From Anthoceros angustus (Eukaryota; Plantae; Anthocerotophyta): DNA of 64,000 nt. Each line of letters opens with the position of its first letter. The first letter of the stretch is position 1. Location of the stretch: NCBI GenBank assembly GCA_010909165.1, contig MU008161.1, forward strand, positions 1,302,001 to 1,366,000. The letters run 5' to 3'. Under the pieces are notes generated by a model. It made no database searches. It was not told where the DNA came from and worked only from the letters and a program-made list of their open reading frames with translations. The translations under genes were made by a program, and so were the position numbers. Positions 24,801-39,760 of this stretch are shown here, piece by piece.

Positions 24801-24876
24801 AAGCTGTCAGCTGATGGTGCATGTTGTGTCCTCATCAGGATCAGAACAGGTCTATGTGTTGGTCATCATCCAGCTT
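24801..24876 (-). ncRNA. Box C/D snoRNA, copy A
   Basis: Identical to 24493-24568 (308-bp offset), while the flanks of the duplication have diverged. Confidence 0.88.
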
Positions 24877-25238
24877 TCAGGGACAACAAAAAAACCGAAA
24901 CGGCCATCCACAACGCCTGCATCACTGGAGCTGGATGAAAATCAGAATCCCCAACACACTACCTCCCAAGCTCCCAAGCAAGGGACAAACAGCTGGAGAG
25001 AAAACCATACAAAATCGAAAAACAACGCCAACCTGCTACCGACTGAATTCTGATTGTGAAATAACCCAGACCAACCTTCAGGCTGCTGATGGTGGTCACT
25101 CATTGATAATACAAGAACATGACATGGCATTGTGTCAGGAGCCTGCCATTGTGCACTCCCAACACATGAAAGCCCCACCAATATTTCCTACCTGTCTATC
25201 CTCTCCCTAATTCAGGCAAAATTTCATGAGGGAGACCC

Positions 25239-26051
25239 TCAAGCAGCAGCCACGCCGATGCGGCCGGCAACTTGGTCGAGGTCCCTTTGTCCGCTCGACG
25301 TGATACGCCTTCCTCTGCGACAAGACGGACAACGATATCAGGCCTGATGAACCGAATACCTAAGAACATGCACGGAGACTGGAGAGGATGCTAACCCTTT
25401 CGGGTCCTTGTCGACGATGTCCAAGGTCTCCAGCTGCTTCAAGATACTCCTTGCTATGGCGCCACTGCTCTTGGCGAAGTGCGAGGGTCTTACACCGTTG
25501 CTCTTGCGGCCTCCATAGATTTTCCGGAACGCACCCAACCCAATTCCCTGTCGCAAGTAGATCTTCCTCGCCATAGATGCTGTTCACGCCGGCAGCACCG
25601 GACTCCAAGGATAGGTTAGCAAACAGCTACTGGACACAAACTTCCTGCAGTTAATCGGCAAACCTAAATCCCTGGAACAAGGGAACACCCCAACAGACAC
25701 CGCGGAACTTCCTTCCACTGGCAGGCCGACACACAAACTGAAAATCAAAGCCTTGAACGTACCAGCCCTGATGTAGTACCAATCAGGATCATAGGGCGCC
25801 AACTCTTTGAAGGTGGCTGTCTTCACAATATCCACCCAACCGGGCACGTTGATCTACAACACAACGCAAGGACACAGCGCGTCAGATCCAAGCCGCCATA
25901 GCTGCCCGCAACCATTGCAGCAGGAAAGCAGCGTGCAGGCCAGGAATCGGAAGAGTGAAGCTACCTTGCCCGAACGCTTCAGATGTGCGGCGTAAGCGCG
26001 CACAAATTCGTGCGAGGACACATCTTTCACAGTCTTCGCTGTAGCCGCCAT
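25239..26051 (-). CDS. RPS19: 40S ribosomal protein S19 (eS19), 4 exons, 145 aa
   Basis: Exons 26051-25965, 25853-25763, 25579-25396 and 25314-25239, all GT-AG. Peptides [25 protein letters not shown] and [19 protein letters not shown]. Confidence 0.97.
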
Positions 26052-26096
26052 AGCTGCAACGACAGAGCTCTACGAGCGCCCACGACCTGGTGATGT

Positions 26097-26104
26097 TTAG
26101 GGTT
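26097..26104 (-). promoter_or_regulatory. Telo-box-like motif upstream of RPS19
   Basis: AACCCTAA on the minus strand ~50 bp upstream of the ATG. Telo-boxes are common in plant ribosomal-protein genes. Confidence 0.6.
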
Positions 26105-27134
26105 ACAGGACTTAGTGGTGTTGCATATGTACCTGAGAGAATACATATATAGACCGGGTATTCATTTTTAGGGCTCGGTATGTTTTAGTTTGAAGGCTAT
26201 CTATAATTCTTCTTCTCCTTCGTGACAGGATCTGCTTCAGCCAAAGCCGAGAAGGCTGTCTCATTCGCAGCACCGGTGGATCATGCTCTGACAACTGAGC
26301 ACTTTCCTAAGCCTTTGGAACCGCTCGTTGTTTAGCTCGCTTGCCGAGGTCTAGCTCAAGCTGATGAGACTATGGATCCTTGTCTCCATTGATTTGGGCT
26401 TGAGCTGTCTCGATGTAGGCGGGTTTGCAGTATGCGGATTTGCAAAGGTGAGCGTGCTCTGAGCGGGAGCTTTGAGCCGCAAGGAAGTGCTTTCTTGGAC
26501 TGTGCTCCCTCATCGCTGCTGGACAGGCATTCCGTCTTTTGTCTGTCCACGACACTTCTGCCTCTTGTTTTAGGGTATATTGGATAGCATAGTTCTGAGG
26601 TCGGGTAGTTTCATGGTGACGAGGTAGGACACTCGAGGTTGTGGCCAGTGCCGGTAGGCATCTGGCCAGAGTAAGTTGCCCTCGTAGCAATAACACGAAT
26701 AGCAGTCCAGTGACAAGTTGGACTAATAGCATAGAGTTTTAGAATGATCTTCCTCCCCACCACTGACCCTCGGCCTTGGATCTTGTCTCCTTCATTTGGA
26801 TTCCTTTTTGTCACACAAACGGACTCAAAATGGGTCCAGGAACTGTTCCACCGTCTGGATATTTTTACCCGTCTTCACTCAAAGCTCACTTTTCATTTAC
26901 ATACTTTATGATTTAAAACAACCTTAATGGTCCTAAATTATTTATCTTTAGCTCTACTGTGCCCATTCTAGCTCTAACTAGATCGGTTCCCTTGCTGGGT
27001 GGGGTGCATTAGTCTTCCTTATGTCAGCCTGTGATAAAGTAAATTAACCCAGAAATGTTATAGTAGGAAAGGGGCTCGGTCAGAAAAATGCTGGATAATC
27101 AATCCCCAATTTTTTTCTAATAATGGCAAAAGTC

Positions 27135-30100
27135 GTCGTGATATATAATTTCACCATATTTTCACATCTATTTTGATTTGAAAGAGCTACAACACGTCCA
27201 TTTGAGGGACAGTCTCGTGTAAATTGGACATGTTTTTAGCGTCTCGGGTAGCGTACTTATACATGGTCATTTGACAAGCCAATAAGGCCACGCATACCGG
27301 TTGAATCTCCTTGTTCTTGGTCTTCTAGTCTAGACATTAGGCTCTCTAATTTTACTCGGGTTAGTTGGAAGTTATTTCTTTTTTACAGTATTTATCCTAG
27401 TTTACTGGGTGTTATTCTAATTACCTGCTATTTATCTTATTATATGTTAATTATCTATTTAACTGTTATTATTATAATCATCTACCTGGTCAGCTGCCAT
27501 TATCTCATCATTATTATTTCTGGTAATCGGTTTTCTGCAGTTCCGGTTGCTCGGGCTGTGAAGACGGTAAGCAACTTCGGGTCCAGCATTGCCGGGCTTT
27601 GGAGGTCGCGGGATGGTCACTGGTCCGCGGCATTGCTAGGCTATAGAGGTCGCGGGATGGCCACTGGTCCGCGGCATTGCTGGGCTATGGAGGTCACAGG
27701 CTATAGAGGTCGCGGGATGGCCACTGGTCCGCGGCATTGCTGGGCTATGGAGGTCACAGGATGGCCACTGGTCCACGACCGTTTCATTCTCCCCCACCTA
27801 TGACATGCTAAATTGTAAGATATAATTATCGATAAAGGTCTTTGCCTTCATACAAAATGTTTGGAGGCAAGGCCTTTGCAAAGGCGAAGATTTACAAAGC
27901 ACACTCTATAAGATTATGTAGATATATAGAGAGGTTGATACTTAGTTTTTATAAGGTGGATAATTTTCATAAAATCATGCTCTCAAATACCCTAGCACTC
28001 ATTCATAACCATCAACAAATTAGTTGTAGTTTGGAATAGGTAACAAGTTCCACTCAACTTTACAAGTGTTGCATCCAATACATGATACATGATACGCTAA
28101 TATTTCATGCAATTTTTTATATCTAGTGTAGTTCTGTAGGTCATCCAACATCACAAGATAAGTCAGTTGAATTAATGAATATAATTTAGTGGTCAAAACC
28201 CAAAAAAATTATTAATCTAAAATTACAAGAAAAATAAATTATTTTAAGTTATGTGTTATTTTTTAAAAACTATTTTTGTATTTTTAGTTTTTAAGTTTTT
28301 TAATATTTTAGTATTTAATTATTTCTGAGCACTAAATCTCTTCACTGTGAATCAAAATTTTTAACTCACTCAATATACCTAGTATACATAAAGGGACACC
28401 AATATATTTATTTTCATTATAACTCCAATATGTGTGACAGGAGGAACAAGTTTGTAGTTTCTATTGATGCGGAAAACTTATTGCATGGTTTTTCTTATCA
28501 TGCAATTGGTCTAGGAGATGATGAAACATTAGTGGGAGGAATAAAGACTAGGTATGGTGATAAATATAAGTGTGGGGAAGGGTTTTCTCCATCAAATTCA
28601 AATTTGGTAGCTTTGATACAAAATGCCATACATGATGTAATTTCTACAACATCCTTAGTTTTGAAAACAATATAAATATAAATTGCCATATAAAGCTTAT
28701 ATTGATGATGATTGTGGCAATCGTGATATATAATTTTCACCATATTTTTCACATCTATTTTGATTTGAAAGAGCTACAACACGTCCATTTGAGGGACAGC
28801 CGTAAATTGGACATGTTTTAGCGCCCTGTGCAGCGATTATACATGGTCATTTGACAAGCCAATGCATACCTGAATCTCCTTGTTCTTGGTCTTCTAGTCT
28901 AGACATTAGGCTCTCTAATTTTACTCGGGTTAGTTGGAAGTTATTTCTTACAAGATTTATCCTAGTTTACTGGGTGTTATTCTAATTACCTGCTATTTAT
29001 CTTATTATATGTTAATTATCTATTTAACTGTTATTATTATAATCATCTACCTGGTCAGCTGCCATTATCTCATCATTATTATTTCGGTAATCGGTTTTCT
29101 CGTAGCCCGCTGTTGCCGTGAAGATGGCAACTTCGGGTCCAGCATTGCCGGGCTTTGGAGGTCGCGGGATGGTCACTGGTCCGCGGCATTGCTAGGCTAT
29201 AGAGGTCGCGGGATGGCCACTGGTCCGCGGCATTGCTGGGCTATGGAGGTCACAGGCTATAGAGGTCGCGGGATGGCCACTGGTCCGCGGCATTGCTGGG
29301 CTATGGAGGTCACAGGATGGCCACTGGTCCACGACCGTTTCATTCTCCCCCACCTATGACATGCTAAATTGTAAGATATAATTATCGATAAAGGTCTTTG
29401 CCTTCATACAAAATGTTTGGAGGCAAGGCCTTTGCAAAGGCGAAGATTTACAAAGCACACTCTATAAGATTATGTAGATATATAGAGAGGTTGATACTTA
29501 GTTTTTATAAGGTGGATAATTTTCATAAAATCATGCTCTCAAATACCCTAGCACTCATTCATAACCATCAACAAATTAGTTGTAGTTTGGAATAGGTAAC
29601 AAGTTCCACTCAACTTTACAAGTGTTGCATCCAATACATGATACATGATACGCTAATATTTCATGCAATTTTTATATCTAGTGTAGTTACATGGTCATCC
29701 AACATCACAAGATAAGTCAGTTGAATTAATGAATATAATTTAGTGGTCAAAACCCAAAAAAATTATTAATCTAAAATTACAAGAAAAATAAATTATTTTA
29801 AGTTATAGTTATTTTTAAAAACTATTTTTGTATTTTTAGTTTTTAAGTTTTTTAATATTTTAGTATTTAATTATTTCTGAGCACTAAATCTCTTCACTGT
29901 GAATCAAAATTTTTAACTCACTCAATATACCTAGTATACATAAAGGGACACCAATATATTTATTTTCATTATAACTCCAATATGTGTGACAGGAGGAACA
30001 AGTTTGTAGTTTCTATTGATGCGGAAAACTTATTGCATGGTTTTTCTTATCATGCAATTGGTCTAGGAGATGATGAAACATTAGTGGGAGGAATAAAGAC

Positions 30101-30277
30101 TAGGTATGGTGATAAATATAAGTGTGGGGAAGGGTTTTCTCCATCAAATTCAAATTTGGTAGCTTTGATACAAAATGCCATACATGATGTAATTTCTACA
30201 ACATCCTTCCGTTTTGAAAACAATATAAAATATAAATTGCCATATAAAGCTTATATTGATGATGATTGTGGCAATCG
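27135..30277. repeat. ~1.55-kb tandem duplication containing ~43-bp GC-rich subrepeats
   Basis: Identical ORFs at 27842 and 29398, and near-identical ones at 28430 and 29982. Junction near 28721. Subrepeat GAGGTCGCGGGATGGCCACTGGTCCGCGGCATTGCTGGGCTAT. Confidence 0.92.
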
Positions 30278-30773
30278 CATATATTTCAAAGGAAATTTTT
30301 TTCAGGATGCCTTGAAAACAAACTTGAATATAAAGCTTGATAATTTGAATTCCATGATATCATATGTTAACTGTTAGAGCTGTCTTACATATGCTATAGA
30401 CCAACTTTTGAATGAAGGATATGGTTATTGTAAGCATGTTTATGGTGCTTCGATACTAAGTGATGAACATTGTTTTTTTCAATATGAGATAAAAAGCAAT
30501 TTGGATATAATATATATTCATGTTTATGTATAAATTAATTATTATTAAAATATTTAATAGAGTTATGAGATATGCAGCTCTAAGATATACGATCAACTCT
30601 CAATGGAGAAGTGATACATTTGTATCAGTTCTAAAACACCTATGTATCAGGTAAAGAATATATGTATAAGATTTCAGACATGGTACACTCTAAGTAGAGA
30701 TGTCAGACATGGTAGACTCTCAATCTATGTATCTTTTAGACTAATTTAAAGGATATGTATCAAACTCACAATT

Positions 30774-30795
30774 TGTGTGTGTGTGTGTGTGTGTG
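30774..30795. repeat. (TG)n microsatellite
   Basis: Read directly. Confidence 0.9.
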
Positions 30796-31279
30796 TTTTT
30801 TTCCACCTCATACGTACTAACTCTCCTCTTCAATTTGCATATTTTTCATACTTCATACATACCTACTAGCTCTTGTTCTTACATAGGAAATATGTAATTA
30901 TATCTTACTATAAACTTAGCATCTCTCTTAGGACCACGTAGTTTTTTTCAGTTTCAAGCTAGGTCAGGATCGAATTGAGGTTGAACTGGCACACAAACAC
31001 ATTCCATTGTGGCAATCAGTTCGCTGGCAATTCGCTAACGTAGCAAGTAATGATTGGCTACCAGTTGGGTTTCCACCAGTTCAAACATCAAACTAAACCG
31101 CTGTTGATTACGCATTGTTCGCACGAACTGAGATAAAAAAAATCGTATTTTACGCTCCGTTTTCATTAGTCACACACACCCGCTTCATTTCATATGAATT
31201 TTAGTCTGTTCTTTCAGCTTGAGATCAGGCTCGTCTTGGGTACGGTCCGCTACTCTTGGTCTTCAAGCACCTGTATAGC

Positions 31280-31570
31280 AGGGAGGATATGAGCTCTAGG
31301 TGACTTCGTCATCTTCAAGCACGTGTGTAGCAGGAAGGAAATGAGCCGTAGGAGACTGCTTCATCTTCGTAGCAATAAGGAAATGAGAGCTAGGAGGAAA
31401 TGAGCCCTATTCATCTTCAAGCAATTTTGTAACAGGGAGAAAAGAAGCCATATGAGAAAATGAGCCCTAGGAGGAAATGAGCACCACGAGAGTTCTTCAT
31501 TTTTAAGCACTTGCATAGTAGGGAGGAGCCCTAAGAGAAAATGAGCCCTACGAGGAAATGAGCCTTAGAC
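31280..31570. repeat. Degenerate AGGAAATGAGCCCTAG repeats
   Basis: The motif recurs many times, interspersed with TCATCTTCAAGCA. Confidence 0.75.
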
Positions 31571-32269
31571 GATTATTGATGAGATGGGTCAGAGATGATG
31601 GATGGACCAAATTCATCAAATTCCCCAAATTCATAACAATGTTGGGCGATGCTATCCATATAACATACGGTTCGATAATTGGGACTAAATCGAGCCGTTA
31701 AATAGAATCTTGAGAAAGATGACCGCAAGAGGTAAATTTTTGCTAGTTCAATTTAATGTACTTGTCTGAAAAGCTGCATTTTGTTAGTCGATTCAGTTGG
31801 ATTTTCAAACGAACTGTTCAATCCGAAACTGAATTGTTCAGTTGGCGCACGGTTTCGAAGAACTAAACTATTGAACTAAGCTGACATCAATTCAAGCAAC
31901 TAGTAATCCGCAAGGGTCCTAAGGACGCTCTCTAACTAGTGGTTGGTGTCTAGTTCACGTTCTTCATCAACAATATGTAATTTTTGTTTAGTTTACAAAC
32001 TAGTTGAATCCTTTCAACGAGAATATTGAACCAAAAGTGGTAGGGATTGATGTCTTAAAGTATTCGACAATAATAATCAAAATCATTTTTTTGATTATTT
32101 AAAATTATTCAATGATAAATATTCAAACAACTTTGAGATTCTTCGTAGAAATGAACAACCTCAAATACAAATATTAAATACTTCCTAAAAATCTATTTTG
32201 TGCGGGCTTAATTCTATGTTTTCTAATCCTTGAATCACTTCGGATGTATCGCCGAAATTCAGACAGTTT

Positions 32270-33160
32270 GCTTTAACTTCGATACAAGACCTTCCAAAAT
32301 AGAGTGAGACTAAAACACAACGTCTTCCACGAAGCTTCTTTTCGTCCTTTCGAGATGTCAACAAAGAAGGATCCCTCCACTCTCATTCCTGGGTCAATGA
32401 TATAATAGGGGGGGTTGGGATCAAGGGTGCTATACAATTTTAGTTTAATCGCCTTTTGTGATGGGCAAATCGGACACACTCTATGCTCGGACGCGCTGAT
32501 GGATGCTCACCTCTGCGCCTCTCTGGAAAAAGGTCATGAACTTGTTCCTACACATGGCTCGGCGCATGAATCCTTTCTTTATAAAAAACAAGTAATCAAT
32601 TGGGACCTTGTTTTCTTTAAACTCTTTTAGGCCCTCAAAGCCATATGTTGTGCATGAAATCCTAGCAATGATTAGGTTCGGCGACACTCCTAGCATGACG
32701 GCACCTTGACAAATGGCGCTGCCTGGGTCTGGAGGGCACATGATTTCCTTCACTTGCATAGAGAAAGCCAGGCGCACCTGCTTCATCAAATATGGCGATG
32801 CGGAGAAGCCTCCCACCATCATAAGCACCTGGATCCTAGGAGACAATTGTTTCTTAATGAGACTCAATATTTTATCCATCACAGGGTCAAAAATGTTGAG
32901 GATGTCTTGTTCCGTGATCTCGATCTCGTCATAGCTCTCCCTAGTCGGCCGCCCCGTACCACCCTTCATCGTTTTGTGCATCTCCCAAGCCTTGGCGAGC
33001 TTGGCAGGAAGCTCGAAGGCGATTGGAGAAGGCGTTAGGGTTCCATCGCAGGTGCATTTCAAATCTTCCCACTTACGCAGCAACAGTGCAACAACCCGTG
33101 GATTCTTCTTTAGATGATCATGAAAGTCGGCCACTTTCCTGGACAGGAAATACATGAAAT
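32270..33160 (-). pseudogene. HSP70-12 (HSPA12-like) atypical Hsp70, C-terminal half
   Basis: IFDPVMDKILSLIKKQL...LMMVGGFSASPYL...PPDPGSAICQGAV...ARISCTTYG. Interrupted at ~32480, and no N-terminal IDFGT motif was found upstream. Confidence 0.78.
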
Positions 33161-33516
33161 TGTAAATGAAATTGCTCTTTTCACTGTCACACCAGGTAGA
33201 AGTTTGATTGGACCAGATTTCGCTGCCGTTGGCAATAACTTGGCGACCTCTTCCGTCTCTGATTCCTCATCCGATTCATGCGCTTTCTCTTGATTAACTG
33301 ATGTGGGAGGGCTTTAGGAGTCCAACTCCAAATCTCCTCTTTAACTTCAACCACTTCCACTTTTTGTTCTTCTTCCTGTTATTGGACTCTTGGTCATTGA
33401 ACTTCTCCCTCCCCTTCTTGTCCTTCTTCAACTCATTCGGAGAGGAGTAGTTCTCATACTTGACCTGTCAAATTTACTAGCCAGATGAAGCTTGAAATTT
33501 TTTAAAAAATAGTCTA

Positions 33517-35650
<2,134 letters not shown>

Positions 35651-35659
35651 GCGAAACTT

Positions 35660-38260
35660 AAACCAATTTACAATGGAGCACATGAGCCCGAGCACGACGC
35701 CTCCTCGAGGTGCTCCGGCATGGCATGTCGTCCCCACTTTCTGGCGTCTCCGTTGCCAAGCTTACCAGCTGTAGGCGGGCGGACTCCCTTGAGGCCGTCG
35801 GGGCCGCCTCCTCGCCTCTGCTGCGCCTCCTCACGGCTCGACGTTCTCCACCTCCCGTCGTTGTTCCAGCTCCGCCAGTTTGCGGGCCATGGAGCTGAGC
35901 TCCCCCTCTGCTTCCTGCAACCGGACGAGCAGCCGTTGCTTCTCCTCCAGTGCTTTCCTCCCTCCGTCTACTCTTTCCCGGAGGTCCGCTACTTCCTGCT
36001 CCAGGCGGGCCGGTATCCCCGTTCGACTCCTGACTTCCACCATCTCCTGCTGCAGCCTTGCGACGTCGAACTCCTTGCACCGCCGCCTTGCGACGTCGAA
36101 CTCCTTGCACAGCCGCCTATTCTCCTCCGTCTTCAGGCGGAGCTGGAGGCGTTCTATCTCCCGCTCGAAGTCTTGGATTCTCTCGTTGAGAACCCCCTGC
36201 TGCTCCGTCGTCTTGGGTTGCAACTCAAGGTGTCCTTCTTGTCCTCCATCTCTGCCGCCGCCTCTACCTCCTGCCCGGTGCACCACAGGTCCCCGATTTC
36301 CGGGTCTTGACCTCCGATGCCTCCTCACGGCTCGACTGCTTGCCCGCCTCCGCCTCTGCTGCGCCTCCTCGCCTTGAGGCCGCCTCCGCCTCCCTCCACC
36401 GGTTTCGATCACGTCGATAGTGATCGCGGTGTCTTGCTGGCCTCCGCTTCCCGTCGCCTTGGTGAGCCTCGGCTTGTGGGCCTCTGGCCGCCTCGGCAGG
36501 TCGCGAGCCCTCTCCGCCTCTGCTGCGCCTCCTCGCCGTTGGCGAGATCCTCGGCCGCTTGGGCCTCTGGCCGCCTCACCTCCTTGTTTGCTCGCCCGGT
36601 GAAGAAACTTAGTCCGTCTGTCGAATGGACGGACTTCTCTTCGGCCTCGGCGCTTCCCTCTTCGATGCGGCCGAGAGCCGCCTTCCTCCTCGCCTCTGGC
36701 CGCCTCCAAGCTGCTCACGGAGGAGCACCATGCGCCTCCTTGTGGCTTCCACCTCCTGGGTCTTCTCGGCCGTCCCGCAGAGACCCCAGAGCATACCGTC
36801 CATGACGGTAGCCAGGACCCGCCGTGTCTCTTCCACGGCTGCCATTGGTGAGGCCCCCAAAAAGTCCGTTGTGGGAGCGGGCATCTCACGGTCCGCCAAG
36901 GACCTCCATACCGCAGTCCGGAGCGAGTCCGGGCTGGGCTCTCCGGACCTAATCAGGTCCCTTAGGTCCTGAGTGCCGAGGTCCGGAGCCTCACCCTCCT
37001 TGGCCCTCTTGGCCGCCAATTCCTTATTCGCCCTCTTCGTCCTGGGGCTCGGAGGGGGTGAGGGGTTCGGGAGGGTGCCCTTCTCGCCTCTCCCGGTCGG
37101 CAGGACCGGCTCAGTGGGGTTCTTGCCGGTGACCTCCTGCTCCTTGGCGTCTCTTCGCCTTCTCACCGCCTCTTCAGCTTCTTGCCACTCCGTGGGCAGG
37201 GGCAAGGGCACGGGTGCCGTCCGGGGTGTTGCGTTGGCGGGTGGCACCGTCTTCCGCCTCTTTGGCCCCGACGAGTCCGTCTTATCGCCGGCACGATGCG
37301 CCTCCTCGCCTCTGGGCCGCCTCGGGACCTCCATACAGGACCGCCTCTGCTGCGGTGCTCGGTGGGGCACCAAGAGGAGGGAAGCGGGAATATCTTCCCA
37401 CACTTCTCTAGGTGGTGAGGGGTCCGTTCGACGTATGGAGTCAGGAATCCTCGGTCGTCCTCCTCCCGGACCCGTTTGGCCCTAGGGGGTCGGGCCTCCA
37501 CCTCGGGCGCCCTTGCCCGCTCCGCTTCCGGTAGGGCCGCCAGCCCTTTCCGGAGCGCCCGCTCTTCTTCCCCATCCTTCAGGAGGTCGTAGTGTCCCCA
37601 CACATGGATCAGATATGGGGACAGTCCGATGGAGGTGGCTTCTCGCACCTCAGCTTGTGGGCCTCCTGGCTGAACCTGGCGAAGACGATCCTTCCCCAGT
37701 CAGCCCTCTTTCCCCGCTGCAGCGCATGCAGGAACACCAATAAGTTGTCACCAAGGTGATCCACCTTGGTGAGCGAGTTCGATGGGCGATGATCCGCACG
37801 CCTCACCTCCGCCCAGCAGTCCGACATCAACCATCCGCTGGTTGTTGCTGCGTTAAGACGCCGCCTTCGCTGCCTCTATCTTTCCCCTCGCCTTGAGGGG
37901 TTCCGGGACTACGCCCCCAATCTCCTCTGCTGGGCGGTTGTAAGCCGCCCTCAGGACCTCCAAGGTCCACCTCCTGGGATCCTCCCGGAGGTTCTTGGAT
38001 CGAACCTCCTTGTTGGCCGCTGCCAACATCTTCCGGGCGAACTCCCGGACTAGGGTGACACTGTCAAATGTCCAGACAGCCTGGAACACGTCCAGGTGCC
38101 ACTCCTCGACCAATCCTCCCGCCTCCTCCAGCCACGGCCCAAAGTCCGGATAGCGCCGGGTGACAATGTTGCGCTCCACCAGTTCCATGGCGCCCATACC
38201 TCCGCAGCCTTCTTGGGTCCCATCGCCTTCTTCTTCTTACTCCGCTGTAGACGATTGTCC
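35660..38260 (-). mobile_element. Degenerate transposon accessory ORF (low-complexity middle, C-terminal coiled coil)
   Basis: Frameshifted pieces MGAMELVERNIV..., WLMSDC...GKRADWGRIVF...LSPYLIH and LQPKTTEQQGVLNERIQDFEREIERLQL. The family assignment is by resemblance only. Confidence 0.55.
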
Positions 38261-38269
38261 GTGATCGCT

Positions 38270-39760
38270 GGCACGATGCGCCTCGTGGCTTCCACCTCCT
38301 CGGTCTTCTCGGCCGTCCCGCCGAATGGACCGGACTTCTCTTCGGCCTCCCGCCGTGTCTCTTCCACGGCCGCCATTGGTGAGGCCCCAAAAGTCCGCTG
38401 GGAGCGGGCATCTCACGGTCCGCCAAGGACCTCCATACTGCCCCGAGCGACAGCCGGGCTCTCCGGACCTAATCAGTCCCTTAGGTCCCAGTGCCGAGGT
38501 CCGAGTCTCACCCTCCTTGGCCCTCTTGGCCGCCACCTTTTATTCGCCTCTTCGTCACAGGGCTCGGAGGGTGAGGGGTTCGGGAGGGTGCCCTTCTCAC
38601 CGCCTCTGCTGCGCCTCCTCGTGGCTTCCACCTCCCGCCTCCTCGCCTTGAGCGCCTCTTCTCGCCTCACCTCCTTGTTGGCCGCCACCCGCGGGGCAAG
38701 GCACGGTGCCGTCGGTGTTGGCGTTGGCGGGTGGCACCGCCTTCCGCCTCTTTGGCCCCGACGAGTCCGTCTGTCCGAGTCTCACCTCCTTGGCCCTAGG
38801 GGTCGGGCCTCCACCTCCTTGGCCCTAGGGGTCGGGCCTCCACCTCCCGCCTGACCGCCTCCCCGCACCGTCGGCCCGGGGGCACGAAGAGGAGGAAGCG
38901 GAATATCTTCCCACACTTCTAGGTGGTGAGGGGTCCGCTCTGCACGTATGGAGTCCGAATCCTCCCGCCTCCTCGTGGCTTCCACCTCCCGCCTCTTTGG
39001 CCCTAGGGGTCGGGCCTCCACCTCCGGCGCCTTGCCCGCCTCCGCTCGGGTAGGGCCGCCCTTTCCCGAGCGCCCGCTCTTCTTCCCCATCCTTCAGAGG
39101 TCGAGTGTCCCACACATGGATTAGATATGGGGACACCCGATGGAGGTGGCTTCTCGCCTCTGGGCCGCCTCCTCCCGGAGGTTCTTGATCGAACCTCGCG
39201 AAGACGATCCTTCCCGTCGGCCCTCTTCCGCAGCGCATGCAGAACACCAATAAGTTGTCACCAAGGTGATCCACCTTGGTGAGCGAGTTCGATGGGCGAT
39301 GATCCGACTCGCCTCACCTCGGCCCAAGCAGTCCGACATCAACCATCCGCTGCGCCTCCTCAAGCCACGCCACCGCCTCCGCCTCTATCTTTCCCTCGCC
39401 TTGAGGGGTTCCCGGACTACGCCCCCAATCTCCTCGCCTCTGGGCGATTGTAAGCCGCCTCGGGACCTCCAAGGTCCACCTCCTCGATCCTCCCGGAGGT
39501 TCTTGATCGAACCTCCTTGTTGGCCGCCAACATCTTCCGGCGAACTCCGACTAGGGTGACATCAAATGTCTGCAGGAACACGCCCAGTGCCACTCGACCA
39601 ATCCTCCCGCCTCAAGCCACGCCCAAAAGTCCGGATAGCGGTGACAATGTTGCGCTCCACCAGTTCCATGGCGCCATACCTCCGCAGCCTTCTTGGGTCC
39701 CATCGCCTTCTTCTTACTCCGTAGACGATTGTCCGTGATCGCCGGCACGATGCGCCTCAG
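38270..39760 (-). repeat. Scrambled, indel-rich second copy of ~36600-38280
   Basis: Shared blocks such as AACACCAATAAGTTGTCACCAAGGTGATCC at ~37733 and ~39243. Confidence 0.85.

Noticed and set aside
27600-27780. Short repeat arrays (here, 24017-24175 and 47365-47662) as CRISPR-like
   Set aside because: There are no unique spacers and no cas genes, and the context is eukaryotic.
28430-30660. ORF MCDRRNKFVVSIDAENLLHG... as a gene
   Set aside because: No recognisable domain. It is short, AT-rich and inside a suspect duplication.
30928-31922. Harbinger/Tourist MITE bounded by TTAGGACC...GGTCCTAA
   Set aside because: The inverted match is only about 8 bp and does not extend inward.
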